Counted from the stretch's first letter, positions 36,293 through 46,978 are shown. The stretch is DNA of 64,000 nucleotides from Actinomycetota bacterium (GCA_030841035.1 JAVEDI010000037.1:314-64313); one strand, 5' to 3'. A program made the numbers and translations. Notes: generated by a model not told the origin, from the sequence alone.

Positions 36293-39200
36293 GTCGTCAC
36301 CGCCCGACCGTCGTCCTGCACCGGGCAGCTGGTGCGCACCGGGCAGAAGGTGCAGTAGTCGTTGCCCATGGCCTGGAAGGCGGAGCCGGCCATGCCCTCG
36401 GCCACCTGCGTGACGAGCTGCCGGGCCCAGCCCGGATCGGCGTAGCTGGACAGTGGGGGCTGCTGCTGCTCGCGGGCTGCTCGCGCCAGCGCGCCCTTGC
36501 CCAGCTGCACCAGCGCCGCGCCGCCGCTCTCGTGCAGACCGGCCTCGGCGAAGGCGCCTTCCTCGGCGGCGAGCTGATAGGCCGCCAGCTGCGCGTGAGC
36601 CTCGAGGTCGGCGCCGGCCACCGCGCGGGAACCGGTCTTGAAGTCGATGACCACGGCTCGGCCGAGCACGTCGCGCTCCAGCCGGTCGACCTGGCCCCCG
36701 ACGACCGCACGGCCGACCGCGGCGGTGAAGTCGATCTCGGTGGCGACGACCTCGCGCTTGTTCTCGGCCAGCCACCGGGCCAACCGGCGGACCATGCCGC
36801 GCGCCCGGTCGGCCGCCTGCGCGGCGACCCAGCCGCGACCGAGGTCGACGGTCGGCAGCAGCGCGTCGAGCCGGGCCAGCAGCGCCTCCTCGGTGGCGGA
36901 GGCGTCGTCGAGCGCGGCTTCGGCGACCGCGTGGACGAGGGTGCCGACGTTCTGCTGGGTGGTGGTCGTCTCCGTGCCACCGACGTGCTCGAGGAACCAC
37001 CGCAGCTCGCAGCGGGTGAACGATTCGACCTTCGAGGGCGAGACGCGCACCTGCTCGTCGGGCTCCCGCACGGGGCGCTCGTCGGAGACCGGCGCCAGGC
37101 CCCACCAGGACTGCGGCGCCGCGCCACGTGCCCCGGCCCGCGCCAGCCGGGACAGCTGCGCGGCCGCCGCTCGGCGTCGGGCGTCGTGGTCCTCGCCGAG
37201 GTGCCCGTGGGTGGGGTGGCCGTCGGCCCCGGCGGCGATGAGCGAGCGGCGCAGCTCGGCGACCAGGCCGGCCAGGCTCAGCGGCCGGCTCACGGTCGCG
37301 ACCGGCCGCTCGGTCTCCCCCGCCGGCAGGGGGTCGAGCTCGTCGAGGAAGCGCGAGGGCACCAGGCCTTCACGCTCGCTGGCCACCGCGGTGACCAGCA
37401 GCCGCCGCCGGGCGCGCGTGACGGCGACGTAGAACAGCCGGCGTTCCTCCTCGAGCAACCGGGTCAGGGTGGTCACCGCGGCCACCTCCGGGGGCAGCTG
37501 CTCCGCGCCCGGCCGCAGCAGGTCGACCAGCCGCTCGGTGCCCAGGAAGGACCCGCGCATCCGGGCCGACGGCCAGAGGCCCTCCTGAACGCCCGCGACG
37601 CAGACGAGGTCCCACTCGAGTCCCTTGCTGGCGTGGGCGGTCAGCAGCGACACCGAGTCACCGGAGGGCGCCCGTGCGGAGAGCGAGTCGGCGGGGATCT
37701 GCTGGCCCAGCAGGTGCTCGAGGAACACCACCGATCCGGCTCCGGGCAGCCGGTCGCAGAACCGCGCTGCGCTCTCGAAGAGCGCGACGACCGCGTCGAG
37801 GTCGCGGTCGGCGGCTGCGCCGGCCGGCCCACCCTCGAGGCTGGCCCGCTCCCACCGGTCGGACAGCCCCGAGGCGGCCCATACCTTCCACAGGACGTCC
37901 TCGACGCTGGCCCCCGGCCGGGCATGCTCCTCACGGCCCAGCGCCAGCAGGCGCCCGACGCGCTCGGCCGGCCGGGCAACCGGCGTCGGAAGGGTGATGA
38001 GGACTCGCGGGTCGACCAGCGCCTCGACGACCAGCGCGCCGGAGGCCCGGCGGCCGCCCACGTCCAGCTCGGCCCGACGCAGCTCCTGGCGCAGCCGGCG
38101 CAGCCCGATCACGTCGGCACCGCCCAGCGGCGAGGTGAGCAGCTCGACCGCAGCGGTCTCGTCCAGCCGCGCCGGGTCGACGATGCACTGCAGCAGCGTC
38201 AGCATCGGCCGCACGGCAGGCTGCACCACCAGGGGGACCTCCTCTGCGGCCACGTCGACCGGCACGCCCGCCGCCCCGAACGCGCGCCGCAGCACCGGCA
38301 GCGAGCGCACGGTGGAGCGCACGATCACCGCCATCTGCGACCACGCGACACCCTCGACAAGGTGTGCCTGCCGCAGGCGCTCCGCGAGGTAGGCCGCCTC
38401 CTGGGTCTCGGACCGCAGCACCGCCACGGACAGGTCACCGGCGGGCAGCCCGTCGGCCGCCTCCAGGCGGCGGTGCAGACCACGACCGCCGAGGTTGGCC
38501 GCGACCCGGCGGGTGGCGCCCAGCAGATCGGCCCCGCTGCGCCGGCAGGTGGTCAGCGCCACCACCGGCGCCGGCTCGCCACCGGGACGGCGAAAGTGCT
38601 CGGTGAACCGCTCGATGCCCTCGACGTCGGCGCCGCGGAAGCCGTAGATCGACTGGTCGGGATCGCCGACCGCCACCAGGTCGCGGCCGTCGCCGGCCAG
38701 CAGCTGGAGCAGCTCGAGCTGAGCCGGGTCGGTGTCCTGCAGCTCGTCGACGAAGACGACCTGGCGGGCGGCCCGCTCCCGGGCCAGCAAGGCGGGGTCG
38801 GACAGCCACAGTGACACGACCGCCCGGATCAGCTCCGCGGGGTCGTAGGCGGCGGCGTCACGGAAGCTGGTGACCTCGCCGTACTGCCGCATGAACCGTG
38901 CCGCGGCCCGCCAGTCGTCGCGCTTGTGCCGACGCCCGAGGGCGTCGAGCTCGCGCGCGGTGAGCCCGCGCTCGTAGGCCCGCATCAGCAGGTCGCGCAG
39001 CTCCTGCACGAAGCCGCGGGTCTTGAGCGCCGGCTGCAGCCGGGCCGGCCAGGCGTCGGGGCGCTCGAGCAGGTCGCCGTCGAGCAGGTCGCGGATCACC
39101 AGGTCCTGCTCCGCGCCGGACAGCAGCCGCGGGGTCGGTTCGCCGCGCAGCGCAGCCTCGCGCCGCAGCACACCGAACGCGTAGGAGTGGAACGTGCGCG

Positions 39201-39531
39201 CCACCGGTTCCTTGGTGGCCCGGCCCAGCCGGGTCGTGATGCGCTCGCGCAGCTCGACCGCGGCCTTGCGGGCGAACGTCAGGACCAGCACCTGCTCCGG
39301 GTCGAGCCCCCGCTCGATGCGGGCGACGACGCCCTCCACGATGGTCGTCGTCTTGCCGGTGCCGGGCCCGGCCAGCACCAGCAGCGGCCCGCTCTCGTGG
39401 TCGATGACCTGCTGCTGGCCGGGGTCGAGCACCGGGGGGGCGAGCACGCGCGGTGCGGGCCGCACCAGGGAGTAGGGCGTCGCGGGCGGCCCGGTGCGTC
39501 GGGGCGCCCCACGGGACCCCGTCGGCGACAT
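36289..39531 (-). CDS. adnA: helicase-nuclease AdnA
   Basis: Walker A AGPGTGKTTT; C-terminal nuclease with DYCTFCPVRTSCP iron-sulfur-type Cys cluster; paired with adnB. Confidence 0.8.
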   Translation of the reverse strand: MSPTGSRGAPRRTGPPATPYSLVRPAPRVLAPPVLDPGQQQVIDHESGPLLVLAGPGTGKTTTIVEGVVARIERGLDPEQVLVLTFARKAAVELRERITTRLGRATKEPVARTFHSYAFGVLRREAALRGEPTPRLLSGAEQDLVIRDLLDGDLLERPDAWPARLQPALKTRGFVQELRDLLMRAYERGLTARELDALGRRHKRDDWRAAARFMRQYGEVTSFRDAAAYDPAELIRAVVSLWLSDPALLARERAARQVVFVDELQDTDPAQLELLQLLAGDGRDLVAVGDPDQSIYGFRGADVEGIERFTEHFRRPGGEPAPVVALTTCRRSGADLLGATRRVAANLGGRGLHRRLEAADGLPAGDLSVAVLRSETQEAAYLAERLRQAHLVEGVAWSQMAVIVRSTVRSLPVLRRAFGAAGVPVDVAAEEVPLVVQPAVRPMLTLLQCIVDPARLDETAAVELLTSPLGGADVIGLRRLRQELRRAELDVGGRRASGALVVEALVDPRVLITLPTPVARPAERVGRLLALGREEHARPGASVEDVLWKVWAASGLSDRWERASLEGGPAGAAADRDLDAVVALFESAARFCDRLPGAGSVVFLEHLLGQQIPADSLSARAPSGDSVSLLTAHASKGLEWDLVCVAGVQEGLWPSARMRGSFLGTERLVDLLRPGAEQLPPEVAAVTTLTRLLEEERRLFYVAVTRARRRLLVTAVASEREGLVPSRFLDELDPLPAGETERPVATVSRPLSLAGLVAELRRSLIAAGADGHPTHGHLGEDHDARRRAAAAQLSRLARAGARGAAPQSWWGLAPVSDERPVREPDEQVRVSPSKVESFTRCELRWFLEHVGGTETTTTQQNVGTLVHAVAEAALDDASATEEALLARLDALLPTVDLGRGWVAAQAADRARGMVRRLARWLAENKREVVATEIDFTAAVGRAVVGGQVDRLERDVLGRAVVIDFKTGSRAVAGADLEAHAQLAAYQLAAEEGAFAEAGLHESGGAALVQLGKGALARAAREQQQPPLSSYADPGWARQLVTQVAEGMAGSAFQAMGNDYCTFCPVRTSCPVQDDGRAVTT

Positions 39532-39611
39532 GAACCCATCCCACCATGCAGGTCGGACACATCCGGGGCCCTTGCTGCGTCGTCACCGGCAGGGCCTTGC
39601 GTCCTCGAGTC

Positions 39612-39755
39612 TCAGTAGCCCCCGCCGCCGCCGCCCTTGTCGTCGGTCTGCGTCGCGGTGCTGCTGGGCTGGTCACCGGGTGCGGTGGGGGTGCCGTTGC
39701 CGCAGCCGGTGAGCAGGGTGATCGCGATGAGGCAGCTGGCACACAGGATCCTCAT
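39612..39755 (-). CDS. small lipoprotein (47 aa)
   Basis: MRILCASCLIAITLLTGC lipobox signal, then G/T/P-rich mature peptide. Confidence 0.35.
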   Translation of the reverse strand: MRILCASCLIAITLLTGCGNGTPTAPGDQPSSTATQTDDKGGGGGGY

Positions 39756-40147
39756 GGCCGTCCTCCGTCACGAGCGTCTCCGAGGTGGCGAGCCGTCCGC
39801 CGGTCGCGACCGACCCGTGCCCTCGATGGTACGACGACCTCGCGCCCGTCCCAGCGCGCCCGCGCCATGTCGACCCGGGTGCCGTCGGGTCGCATCGGCG
39901 CCCCGTCCGCGCGCAGCCGAGCCAGTGCCTCCTGCTCGAGGCCGGGGGCGGGCGCCCCGTCGGCGTGCAGGACGCGCCACCAGGGGACCGTCCCGCCGCT
40001 GCGCGACATCACCCGCCCGACCTGACGCGCCCCGCCCTGGCCGACGTACTCCGCGACGTCGCCGTAGGACATCACCGAGCCGGGCGGGATCGACTCCACG
40101 ACGGCGAGGACGCGCTCCTCGAAGTCCTCGCCGTCCTCAGCCGGCAT
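39752..40147 (-). CDS. MGMT-family alkyltransferase-like (Atl) DNA-binding protein lacking catalytic Cys
   Basis: YGDVAEYVG...ARQVGRVM...VPWWRVL replaces the PCHR motif; comparable to M. tuberculosis Rv3204. Confidence 0.6.
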   Translation of the reverse strand: MPAEDGEDFEERVLAVVESIPPGSVMSYGDVAEYVGQGGARQVGRVMSRSGGTVPWWRVLHADGAPAPGLEQEALARLRADGAPMRPDGTRVDMARARWDGREVVVPSRARVGRDRRTARHLGDARDGGRP

Positions 40148-41477
40148 CGGAGGCCGCCGTCACGGGGCCGAGGGCGGCCAGCTCGTCACCCACCCGCGAC
40201 GCGTCTCCGACGACCACGGTGGCCAGCCGCGCCGGGGCGAGGAACTGGTGGGCCTGCGCCCGTGCCTCGTCCACGGTCACCGCCGCGAGCCGCTCGGGGT
40301 GCTCGCGCAGCCACGAGACGTCCAGCCCGTCGGCCAGCAGCGTCTCGAGGGTCGCGGCGAGACCTGCCTGGGTGGCGGTCGACAGGGCGAGCAGGCCGGC
40401 GGTGTAGCTGGCGGCGCTCTGCAGCTCGGCCGCGGTGACGGGCAGCGTCGCCATGCGGCCGAGCTCGTAGCCGATCTCGACGAGCGCGGGTGCGGTCACC
40501 TCGGTCGCGACGTCGACCTCGAGCACCACGGCCGAGGCGCTCGCACCGTGGCTGAGGGCAGACCGGGCACCGTAGGTGTAGCCCTTGTCCTCGCGGATGT
40601 TGCGCATCAGCCGGGAGGCGAAGTAGCCGCCGAAGACGACGTTCGCCAGCTCGAGCGCGGCATAGTCGTCGTCGGTGCGACGCAGTGCCGGACCGCCGAG
40701 CCGGAGGTTGGACTGCACCGCGCCGGGGCGGTCGACCAGGGTGAGGTCCCCGCCGGTCGGCGTGGCCGGCGCGGGCGCCGCGGCGGTCGCCTCGCCGGCC
40801 CAGCCCTGCAGCGCTCGCTCGACCTGGTCGAGGGTCCGGGCAGGGCTGATGTCGCCGACCAGCACGAGCAGGCTGCCCTCCGGCACGACCCAGCGGCGGT
40901 GCAGCGCGCGCACCGACGCAGCGGTGACGGCCGCTGTCTCCTCGGGGCTGGGCAGGTCGCGGCCGTACGGGTGCCCGGGGTAGAGCCGGTGGCGCAGCGC
41001 CTCGGCGGCCGCCTCGGCCGGCTGGGCGAGCCGCTGGCGCAACCGGGTCTGCAGCCGCGCGACCTCGCCCTCGACCGCGGCTTTGGGATAGGACGCCTCC
41101 GTCACGACCTCGGCCAGCAGCTCGAGCAGCCGTGGCAGGCCGTTGCTCAACGACTCGCCGCGAACCAGCAGCCGGTCAGGGTCGCTGGAGACCCCGAGAG
41201 CACCGCCGACCTCCTGCAGGGCGACGGCGAGCCCGGTGCGGTCGTGCTTCGCGGTGCCGTGCAGCATCGTCGCGTCGAGCACGAGACGCTTCGGCAGGTG
41301 ATCGGCGCGGCGCGCGGCGAACGGCACGCGCAGCCGCGTGTGCACCATCGGCACCCCTGCCCGGCGTACGGCGACGACCCGCAGGCCGTTGCCGAGCACG
41401 CGCTCGGCGACCGTGGGCTGCTTGGCGCGCCGTGGCTTGCCGAGGTCGGGTACGGGGCGCGCGGCCGGGCGCTTCAC
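40137..41477 (-). CDS. M16 (pitrilysin) family peptidase, probably non-catalytic partner subunit
   Basis: M16 fold length and motifs without HxxEH. Confidence 0.65.
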   Translation of the reverse strand: MKRPAARPVPDLGKPRRAKQPTVAERVLGNGLRVVAVRRAGVPMVHTRLRVPFAARRADHLPKRLVLDATMLHGTAKHDRTGLAVALQEVGGALGVSSDPDRLLVRGESLSNGLPRLLELLAEVVTEASYPKAAVEGEVARLQTRLRQRLAQPAEAAAEALRHRLYPGHPYGRDLPSPEETAAVTAASVRALHRRWVVPEGSLLVLVGDISPARTLDQVERALQGWAGEATAAAPAPATPTGGDLTLVDRPGAVQSNLRLGGPALRRTDDDYAALELANVVFGGYFASRLMRNIREDKGYTYGARSALSHGASASAVVLEVDVATEVTAPALVEIGYELGRMATLPVTAAELQSAASYTAGLLALSTATQAGLAATLETLLADGLDVSWLREHPERLAAVTVDEARAQAHQFLAPARLATVVVGDASRVGDELAALGPVTAASDAG

Positions 41478-42808
41478 CGCTGTCCTCCCGCGATCAGGTC
41501 GAGCCTCGCCCGCCGGTCGGGGCGCAGCGTGCGTGCGGCCTGCACCACCTGCTCGGCGGTGACGGCACCGATGCGCGCCGGCAGCTCGCCGACGAGCCCC
41601 GGCTCCTGCCGTTGCTGCTCGAGCGACGCCATCGCGAGCGTGCGGCCGAGCACGAAGTCGTTGCGGGACAGGAGGGTCGCCGCCGTGCGGGCCTGGACGC
41701 GCCCGAGCTCGTCGTCGGTCAGCCCGTCGCGCACCAGGCGCGCGAGCTCGTCGTCGATGGCGGACACCACCTGATCGCTGGTCGCGTCGGCCGCGTGGTG
41801 GGCCGTGACGACGAACGCCGTGGGATCGCGGACGTCGAACGCGTCCTCCATGAAGCCGAGGCTCGCCGACACGTCGGAGGCGAGGTGGTCGTCGTGCACC
41901 AGCCGGGACCGTAGCCGGGACGCGTCACCGCGGGTCAGCAGCTCGGCGAGCACGACGAAGGGGAGGTACGCGTCGAGGTCGGCGACCGGGTCAGGCACCC
42001 GCCAGCCGAGCGCCACGGCGGGGGTGGCCGCGTTCCGGTCGACGTGCTCGGCGCGACGCTCCTCGGTGAGGTCCGGTTCGGAGAAGTCCGGGCGCGGCGG
42101 CGTGGTGCGACGCGGGATGTCGCCGAAGTGCTTCTCGACGAGAGCGAGCGCCTCGTCGGGGTCGATGTCACCCCCGATCGCGAGCACGGCGTTGCCCGGC
42201 GCGTAGTAGCGCTTGAAGAACTCCGACGCGTCCTCGACCGTCGCGCCTTCGAGGTCCTCGAACGCGCCGTAGCCGTTGTGCGCGTTGGGAAAGGTGTCGA
42301 AGAGCACCGGCGGCAGCGTCAGCCACGGGAAACCGCCGTACGGCTCGTTGAGGATGTTGACCCGGATCTCTTCCTTCACCACGTCGATCTGGTTCCGGAG
42401 GTTCTCCTCGGTGACCCGCGGCGAGCGCATCCGGTCGGACTCGAGGAACAACGCACGCTCGAGGGCGTTGGACGGCAGCACCTCGTAGTAGTTGGTGTAG
42501 TCCAGCCGCGTCGAGCCGTTGAACGTGCCGCCCGAGGAGATGACGTAGTTGACGTGCTCCATCTTCTCCAGCGACGCCGACCCCTGGAACATCAGGTGCT
42601 CGAAGAGGTGCGCGAAACCGGTGCGGCCCTCGGGCTCGGACCGGATGCCCACGTCGTAGTAGACGGCGACGGCGACCACGGGCGCCGACCGGTCGGGCGC
42701 GAGGACGACCCTCAGCCCGTTGCGCAGCTTGTGGCGACGGACGTCGTACGAGGTCGTGGGGACGGTGAGCGAAGCAGGCACTCCCGGACCGTACCCGGTC
42801 CAGGTCAC
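41474..42808 (-). CDS. M16 (pitrilysin) family zinc peptidase
   Basis: Inverted zinc motif HLFEHLMFQGS (HxxEH). Confidence 0.75.
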   Translation of the reverse strand: MTWTGYGPGVPASLTVPTTSYDVRRHKLRNGLRVVLAPDRSAPVVAVAVYYDVGIRSEPEGRTGFAHLFEHLMFQGSASLEKMEHVNYVISSGGTFNGSTRLDYTNYYEVLPSNALERALFLESDRMRSPRVTEENLRNQIDVVKEEIRVNILNEPYGGFPWLTLPPVLFDTFPNAHNGYGAFEDLEGATVEDASEFFKRYYAPGNAVLAIGGDIDPDEALALVEKHFGDIPRRTTPPRPDFSEPDLTEERRAEHVDRNAATPAVALGWRVPDPVADLDAYLPFVVLAELLTRGDASRLRSRLVHDDHLASDVSASLGFMEDAFDVRDPTAFVVTAHHAADATSDQVVSAIDDELARLVRDGLTDDELGRVQARTAATLLSRNDFVLGRTLAMASLEQQRQEPGLVGELPARIGAVTAEQVVQAARTLRPDRRARLDLIAGGQR

Positions 42809-42837
42809 CGTCGCGTCCCGCGGACGCGGGTGACCGG

Positions 42838-44025
42838 TCAGTACGTCGGCTGGGAGGGGTCGATCTGGTTGACCCAGGCGATCACGCCGCCACCGACATG
42901 GACGGCATCGGAGAAGCCCGCTCCCTTGAGCACCGCGAGCGCCTCGGCGGAGCGGGCGCCGCTCTTGCAGTGCAGCACGACCTGCTTGTCCTGCGGCAGC
43001 TCACTCAGGGCGTCACCGTTGAGGATGCGGTCCTTGGGGATCAGCGTGGAGCCGGGGATGGACACGATCTCGTACTCGTTGGGCTCGCGCACGTCGACGA
43101 GGTAGAAGTCCTTGCCGGCGTCGAACATCGCCTTGAGGTCCTTGACCGAGATGGTCGAGCCCTTCGCGGCCTCGGCTGCTTCCTCGCTGATGGTGCCGCA
43201 GAACGCCTCGTAGTCGATGAGGCCCGTCTCGAGGGTGATCTCGGGGTTCTTGCCGCAGACCGGGCACTCCGGGTCCTTGCGCACCTTGACGCTGCGGTAC
43301 TGCATCTCCAGCGCGTCGTAGACCATCAGCCTGCCGACGAGGGGGTCGCCGATGCCGGTGATGAGCTTGATGGCCTCGTTGACCTGGATCGAGCCGATGC
43401 TCGCGCATAGCACACCGAGCACGCCGCCCTCGGCGCAGCTGGGGACCATGCCGGGAGGCGGCGGCTCCGGGTAGAGGCAGCGGTAGCAGGGACCGTTCTC
43501 GGCCCAGAAGACGCTGGCCTGGCCGTCGAAGCGGTAGATCGAGCCCCACACGTACGGCTTGCCCAGCAGCACCGCTGCGTCGTTGACCAGGTAGCGGGTC
43601 GCGAAGTTGTCGGTGCCGTCGACGATGAGGTCGTAGGGAGCGAAGATGTCCAGCACGTTGGTCGAGTCCAGCCGCTCCTCGTGGAGCACGACGTCGACGT
43701 AGGGGTTCGCCTCCTCGATCGACTCCTTGGCGCTGACCGCCTTCGGCTTACCGATGTCGGACTGGCCGTGGATGATCTGGCGCTGCAGGTTCGACTCGTC
43801 GACCACGTCGAAGTCGATGATGCCGAGGGTGCCCACACCGGCAGCCGCCAGGTAGAGCAGGGCGGGCGAGCCGAGACCACCGGCGCCCACGACGAGCACC
43901 TTGGCGTTCTTCAGCCGCTTCTGACCCGTCATGCCGACGTCGGGGATGATCAGGTGTCGCGAGTAGCGGCGCACCTCGTCGACGGTGAGCTCGCTGGCAG
44001 GCTCGACGAGCGGGGGCAAGGACAC
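42838..44025 (-). CDS. moeZ: adenylyltransferase/sulfurtransferase MoeZ (MoeB-rhodanese fusion)
   Basis: SLPPLVEP N-terminus as in M. tuberculosis MoeZ, GAGGLGSP Rossmann, CxxC pairs, C-terminal rhodanese (CKSGARS). GTG start 5 nt after GGAGGA; ORF read-through upstream rejected. Confidence 0.8.
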   Translation of the reverse strand: MSLPPLVEPASELTVDEVRRYSRHLIIPDVGMTGQKRLKNAKVLVVGAGGLGSPALLYLAAAGVGTLGIIDFDVVDESNLQRQIIHGQSDIGKPKAVSAKESIEEANPYVDVVLHEERLDSTNVLDIFAPYDLIVDGTDNFATRYLVNDAAVLLGKPYVWGSIYRFDGQASVFWAENGPCYRCLYPEPPPPGMVPSCAEGGVLGVLCASIGSIQVNEAIKLITGIGDPLVGRLMVYDALEMQYRSVKVRKDPECPVCGKNPEITLETGLIDYEAFCGTISEEAAEAAKGSTISVKDLKAMFDAGKDFYLVDVREPNEYEIVSIPGSTLIPKDRILNGDALSELPQDKQVVLHCKSGARSAEALAVLKGAGFSDAVHVGGGVIAWVNQIDPSQPTY

Positions 44026-44098
44026 GCGTTCCTCCGGTGTTCGGGTGGTCTCCCCAGTCTCAACCGGGTGTGCTCCGGTCAGATTCCCCTGCCAGCAT

Positions 44099-44815
44099 AT
44101 GGACATGCCCCGGACCAGTGGTCGCTCCCGCGTGCCCGTGGTCGGCATCACGTCGTACGTCGAGGTCGCCCGCTGGGGCGTCTGGGACCAGCGGGCCGTG
44201 GTGCTGCCGTACGCCTACGTGGACGCCGTCGAACGGGCAGGCGCCCGGGTGCTGGTGCTGCCGCCCTCGCCGACCGGCGCCGCGGAGACGGTCGACCGGC
44301 TCGACGCCCTGGTGCTGGCCGGAGGAGCCGACCTGGACCCGGCGACGTACGGCGAGACGCCCCACGCCGAGACGATGGGCATCCGGGAGGACCGCGACGA
44401 GGGCGAGGCGGCGCTGCTGCAGGAGGCGTTGGGACGGGACCTGCCCGTTCTCGGCATCTGCCGTGGGATGCAGCTGCTCGCCGTGGCACACGGCGGGTCG
44501 CTGATCCAGCACCTGCCCGACGTGGTCGGACACGACCGGCACCGCCCGCGCCCGGGCCTCTACGGTCGCCACGAGGTGCGGCTGGCCCCCGACAGCCGGG
44601 CACACGGCGTGCTCGGCGCGCGGGTCGACGTGCCGTCCTACCACCACCAGGGCGTGGCCTCCCCCGGGTCTCTCACGGTGAGCGGCTGGGCCGACGACGA
44701 GACGCCGGAGGTGCTCGAGGACCCCGGCCGGCGGTTCGCCCTCGGCGTGCTGTGGCACCCGGAGGCCGACAACGATCCGCGACTGTTCGACGCCCTCGTC
44801 GCCGCCACCGGCTGA
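44099..44815 (+). CDS. gamma-glutamyl-gamma-aminobutyrate hydrolase family (class I glutamine amidotransferase-like, PuuD-like)
   Basis: GICRGMQLL catalytic Cys, HH/E triad context. Confidence 0.7.
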   Translation: MDMPRTSGRSRVPVVGITSYVEVARWGVWDQRAVVLPYAYVDAVERAGARVLVLPPSPTGAAETVDRLDALVLAGGADLDPATYGETPHAETMGIREDRDEGEAALLQEALGRDLPVLGICRGMQLLAVAHGGSLIQHLPDVVGHDRHRPRPGLYGRHEVRLAPDSRAHGVLGARVDVPSYHHQGVASPGSLTVSGWADDETPEVLEDPGRRFALGVLWHPEADNDPRLFDALVAATG

Positions 44816-44831
44816 GGCCGGGCTGCCGGCG

Positions 44832-45596
44832 CTACAGCGGGGTGACGTAGGCACCGGAGATGCCACCGTCGACGAGGAACGTCGACGCGGTCATGAACGA
44901 GGAGTCGTCGCTGGCCAGGAACGCGACCGCCGCGGCGATCTCGGAGGGCTCGGCGAAACGGCCCAGCGGCACGTGCACCAGCCGCCGCGCGGCCCGCTCC
45001 GGGTCGGCCGCGAACAGCTCCTTCAGCAGGGGCGTGTTCACCGGTCCCGGGCAGAGCGCGTTGACCCTGATGCCTTCGCGGGCGAACTGCACGCCCAGCT
45101 CGCGGCTCATCGCGAGCACCCCGCCCTTGGACGCCGTGTAGGAGATCTGCGAGGTGGCGGCACCCATCACCGCGACGAACGACGCGGTGTTGATGATCGA
45201 CCCGCTGCCCTGCTTCTGCATGTAGGGCAGCACGTGCTTGCAGCAGAGGAACACCGAGGTGAGGTTCACCAGCTGCACCCGCTCCCAGGCGTCGAGCCTG
45301 GTCTGGAGGATCGAGTCGTCGTCGGGCGGCGAGATGCCGGCGTTGTGGAACGAGATGTCGATGCGGCCGAACGTGTCGTAGGTGTCGGCGAACAACGCAG
45401 CGACCTGCGAGTCGCTCGTGACGTCGACGGCGACGAACCGGCCGCCCACCGCCTCGGCAGCCGACGTACCAGCCGCCTCGTCGTAGTCGGCACAGACCAC
45501 GCGCGCCCCCTCCTGCGCGAGCCGGTGAGCCGTCGCGAGGCCGATGCCGCTGCCGGCACCGGTGACAACGGCGACACGATCCTGCAGGCGGTTCAC
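44832..45596 (-). CDS. SDR-family oxidoreductase
   Basis: TGAGSGIG, NAG, YxxxK motifs. Confidence 0.8.
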   Translation of the reverse strand: MNRLQDRVAVVTGAGSGIGLATAHRLAQEGARVVCADYDEAAGTSAAEAVGGRFVAVDVTSDSQVAALFADTYDTFGRIDISFHNAGISPPDDDSILQTRLDAWERVQLVNLTSVFLCCKHVLPYMQKQGSGSIINTASFVAVMGAATSQISYTASKGGVLAMSRELGVQFAREGIRVNALCPGPVNTPLLKELFAADPERAARRLVHVPLGRFAEPSEIAAAVAFLASDDSSFMTASTFLVDGGISGAYVTPL

Positions 45597-46978
45597 GAGG
45601 GCTCCTCCGTGGCGGGGTCCGTGGCGATGAAGACGTTCTTGACGTCGGTGAAGGCGTCGAGGGCATCGGGGCCCAGCTCGCGGCCGAGGCCCGACTGCTT
45701 CGCGCCCCCGAAGGGTGTCCAGTAGCGCACCGATGCGTTGGAGTTGACCGACAGCGTCCCGGTCTCCACGGCGCGCGCGACGCGCAGCGCCCGGCCCACG
45801 TTCTCCGTCCAGATCGACCCGGACAGCCCGTAGGGCGAGTCGTTGGCGATGCGGATCGCCTCCGCCTCGTCGTCGAACGGGATCACGACCACGACCGGAC
45901 CGAAGATCTCGTCCACCGCGGCCGCAGCTGCGGGGTCGACGGGCGCGAGCACGGTCGGCGGGTACCAGAAACCGGGTCCGTCGGGCGCCGTCCCGCGGAA
46001 CGCCACAGGTGCGTCGTCCGGCACGTAGGAGGCGACCTTCGCGCGGTGCTCGGCGGTGATCAGCGGCCCCATCTCGGCCGTGTCACGCGTCGGGTCCTCG
46101 ACCCGCACGCCCTGCACCGCAGGCTCGAGCAGAGCGAGGAACCGGTCGAACACCGAGCGCTGCACGAGGATGCGGGAGCGCGCGCAGCAGTCCTGCCCGG
46201 CGTTGTCGAAGACGGCGTAGGGAGCCGCGGCCGCCGCGCGTTCGAGCTGGGCGTCGGCGAAGACGATGTTGGCGCTCTTGCCTCCGAGCTCCAGCGTGAC
46301 GGGCTTCACCTGCGCCGCGCAGCCCGCCATGATCGCCTTGCCCACATCGGTCGACCCAGTGAAGACGATCTTGCGCACGTCGGGGTGGTCGACCAGCCGC
46401 TGCCCCACCACCGATCCCTTGCCGGGCACCACGAGGAAGACGTCCTCGGGCAGGCCGGCGTCCCGAGCCAGCTCCGCCAGCCGCAACGCGGTCAGCGGCG
46501 TCACCTCGGCCGGCTTGAGCACGACGGTGTTGCCCGCTGCGAGGGCCGGGGCGAACCCCCAGACCGCGATCGGCATCGGGAAGTTCCACGGCACGATGAT
46601 GCCGACGACGCCCAGCGGTTCCTTGAAGGTGACGTCCACCCCGCCGGAGACCGGGATCTGCCTGCCGAACAGCCGCTCCGGCGCGCCCGAGTAGTAGTCG
46701 AGCACGTCCCGGACGTTGCCCGCCTCCCACCGCGCGTTGCCGATCGTGTGGCCGGCGTTGGCGACCTCCAGCTCGGCGAGATGCTCCCGGTCGGCATCGA
46801 CGGCCGCGGCGAAGCGGCGCAGCAGGCGCGCGCGGTCGCCGGGCGGGACCGCACGCCACCCGACGTACGCCGCCGCGGCGCGCGCGATCGCCGCGTCGGT
46901 GTCCTCGGCCGTGGCGGACGGAACCGTCGCGACGACCTGTTCGGTTGCGGGATTGACGACGTCGTGGGTGGCGGTCAC
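45593..46978 (-). CDS. aldehyde dehydrogenase family protein
   Basis: ALDH motifs (ELGGKSA; catalytic Cys region GQDCCA). Confidence 0.85.
   Translation of the reverse strand: MTATHDVVNPATEQVVATVPSATAEDTDAAIARAAAAYVGWRAVPPGDRARLLRRFAAAVDADREHLAELEVANAGHTIGNARWEAGNVRDVLDYYSGAPERLFGRQIPVSGGVDVTFKEPLGVVGIIVPWNFPMPIAVWGFAPALAAGNTVVLKPAEVTPLTALRLAELARDAGLPEDVFLVVPGKGSVVGQRLVDHPDVRKIVFTGSTDVGKAIMAGCAAQVKPVTLELGGKSANIVFADAQLERAAAAAPYAVFDNAGQDCCARSRILVQRSVFDRFLALLEPAVQGVRVEDPTRDTAEMGPLITAEHRAKVASYVPDDAPVAFRGTAPDGPGFWYPPTVLAPVDPAAAAAVDEIFGPVVVVIPFDDEAEAIRIANDSPYGLSGSIWTENVGRALRVARAVETGTLSVNSNASVRYWTPFGGAKQSGLGRELGPDALDAFTDVKNVFIATDPATEEPS

Noticed and set aside
32969-37105. 1378-aa ORF as a single gene
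   Set aside because: It is a fusion artefact. adnB starts at a GTG at 36292; upstream codons are an out-of-frame overlap with the adnA 3' end.
36532-38814. 760-aa + strand ORF
   Set aside because: It is antisense to adnA (helicase motifs are on the minus strand).
44025-44151. N-terminal 42-codon extension of moeZ ORF
   Set aside because: A GTG preceded by GGAGGA yields the SLPPLVEP N-terminus matching mycobacterial MoeZ; the extension lacks an SD.
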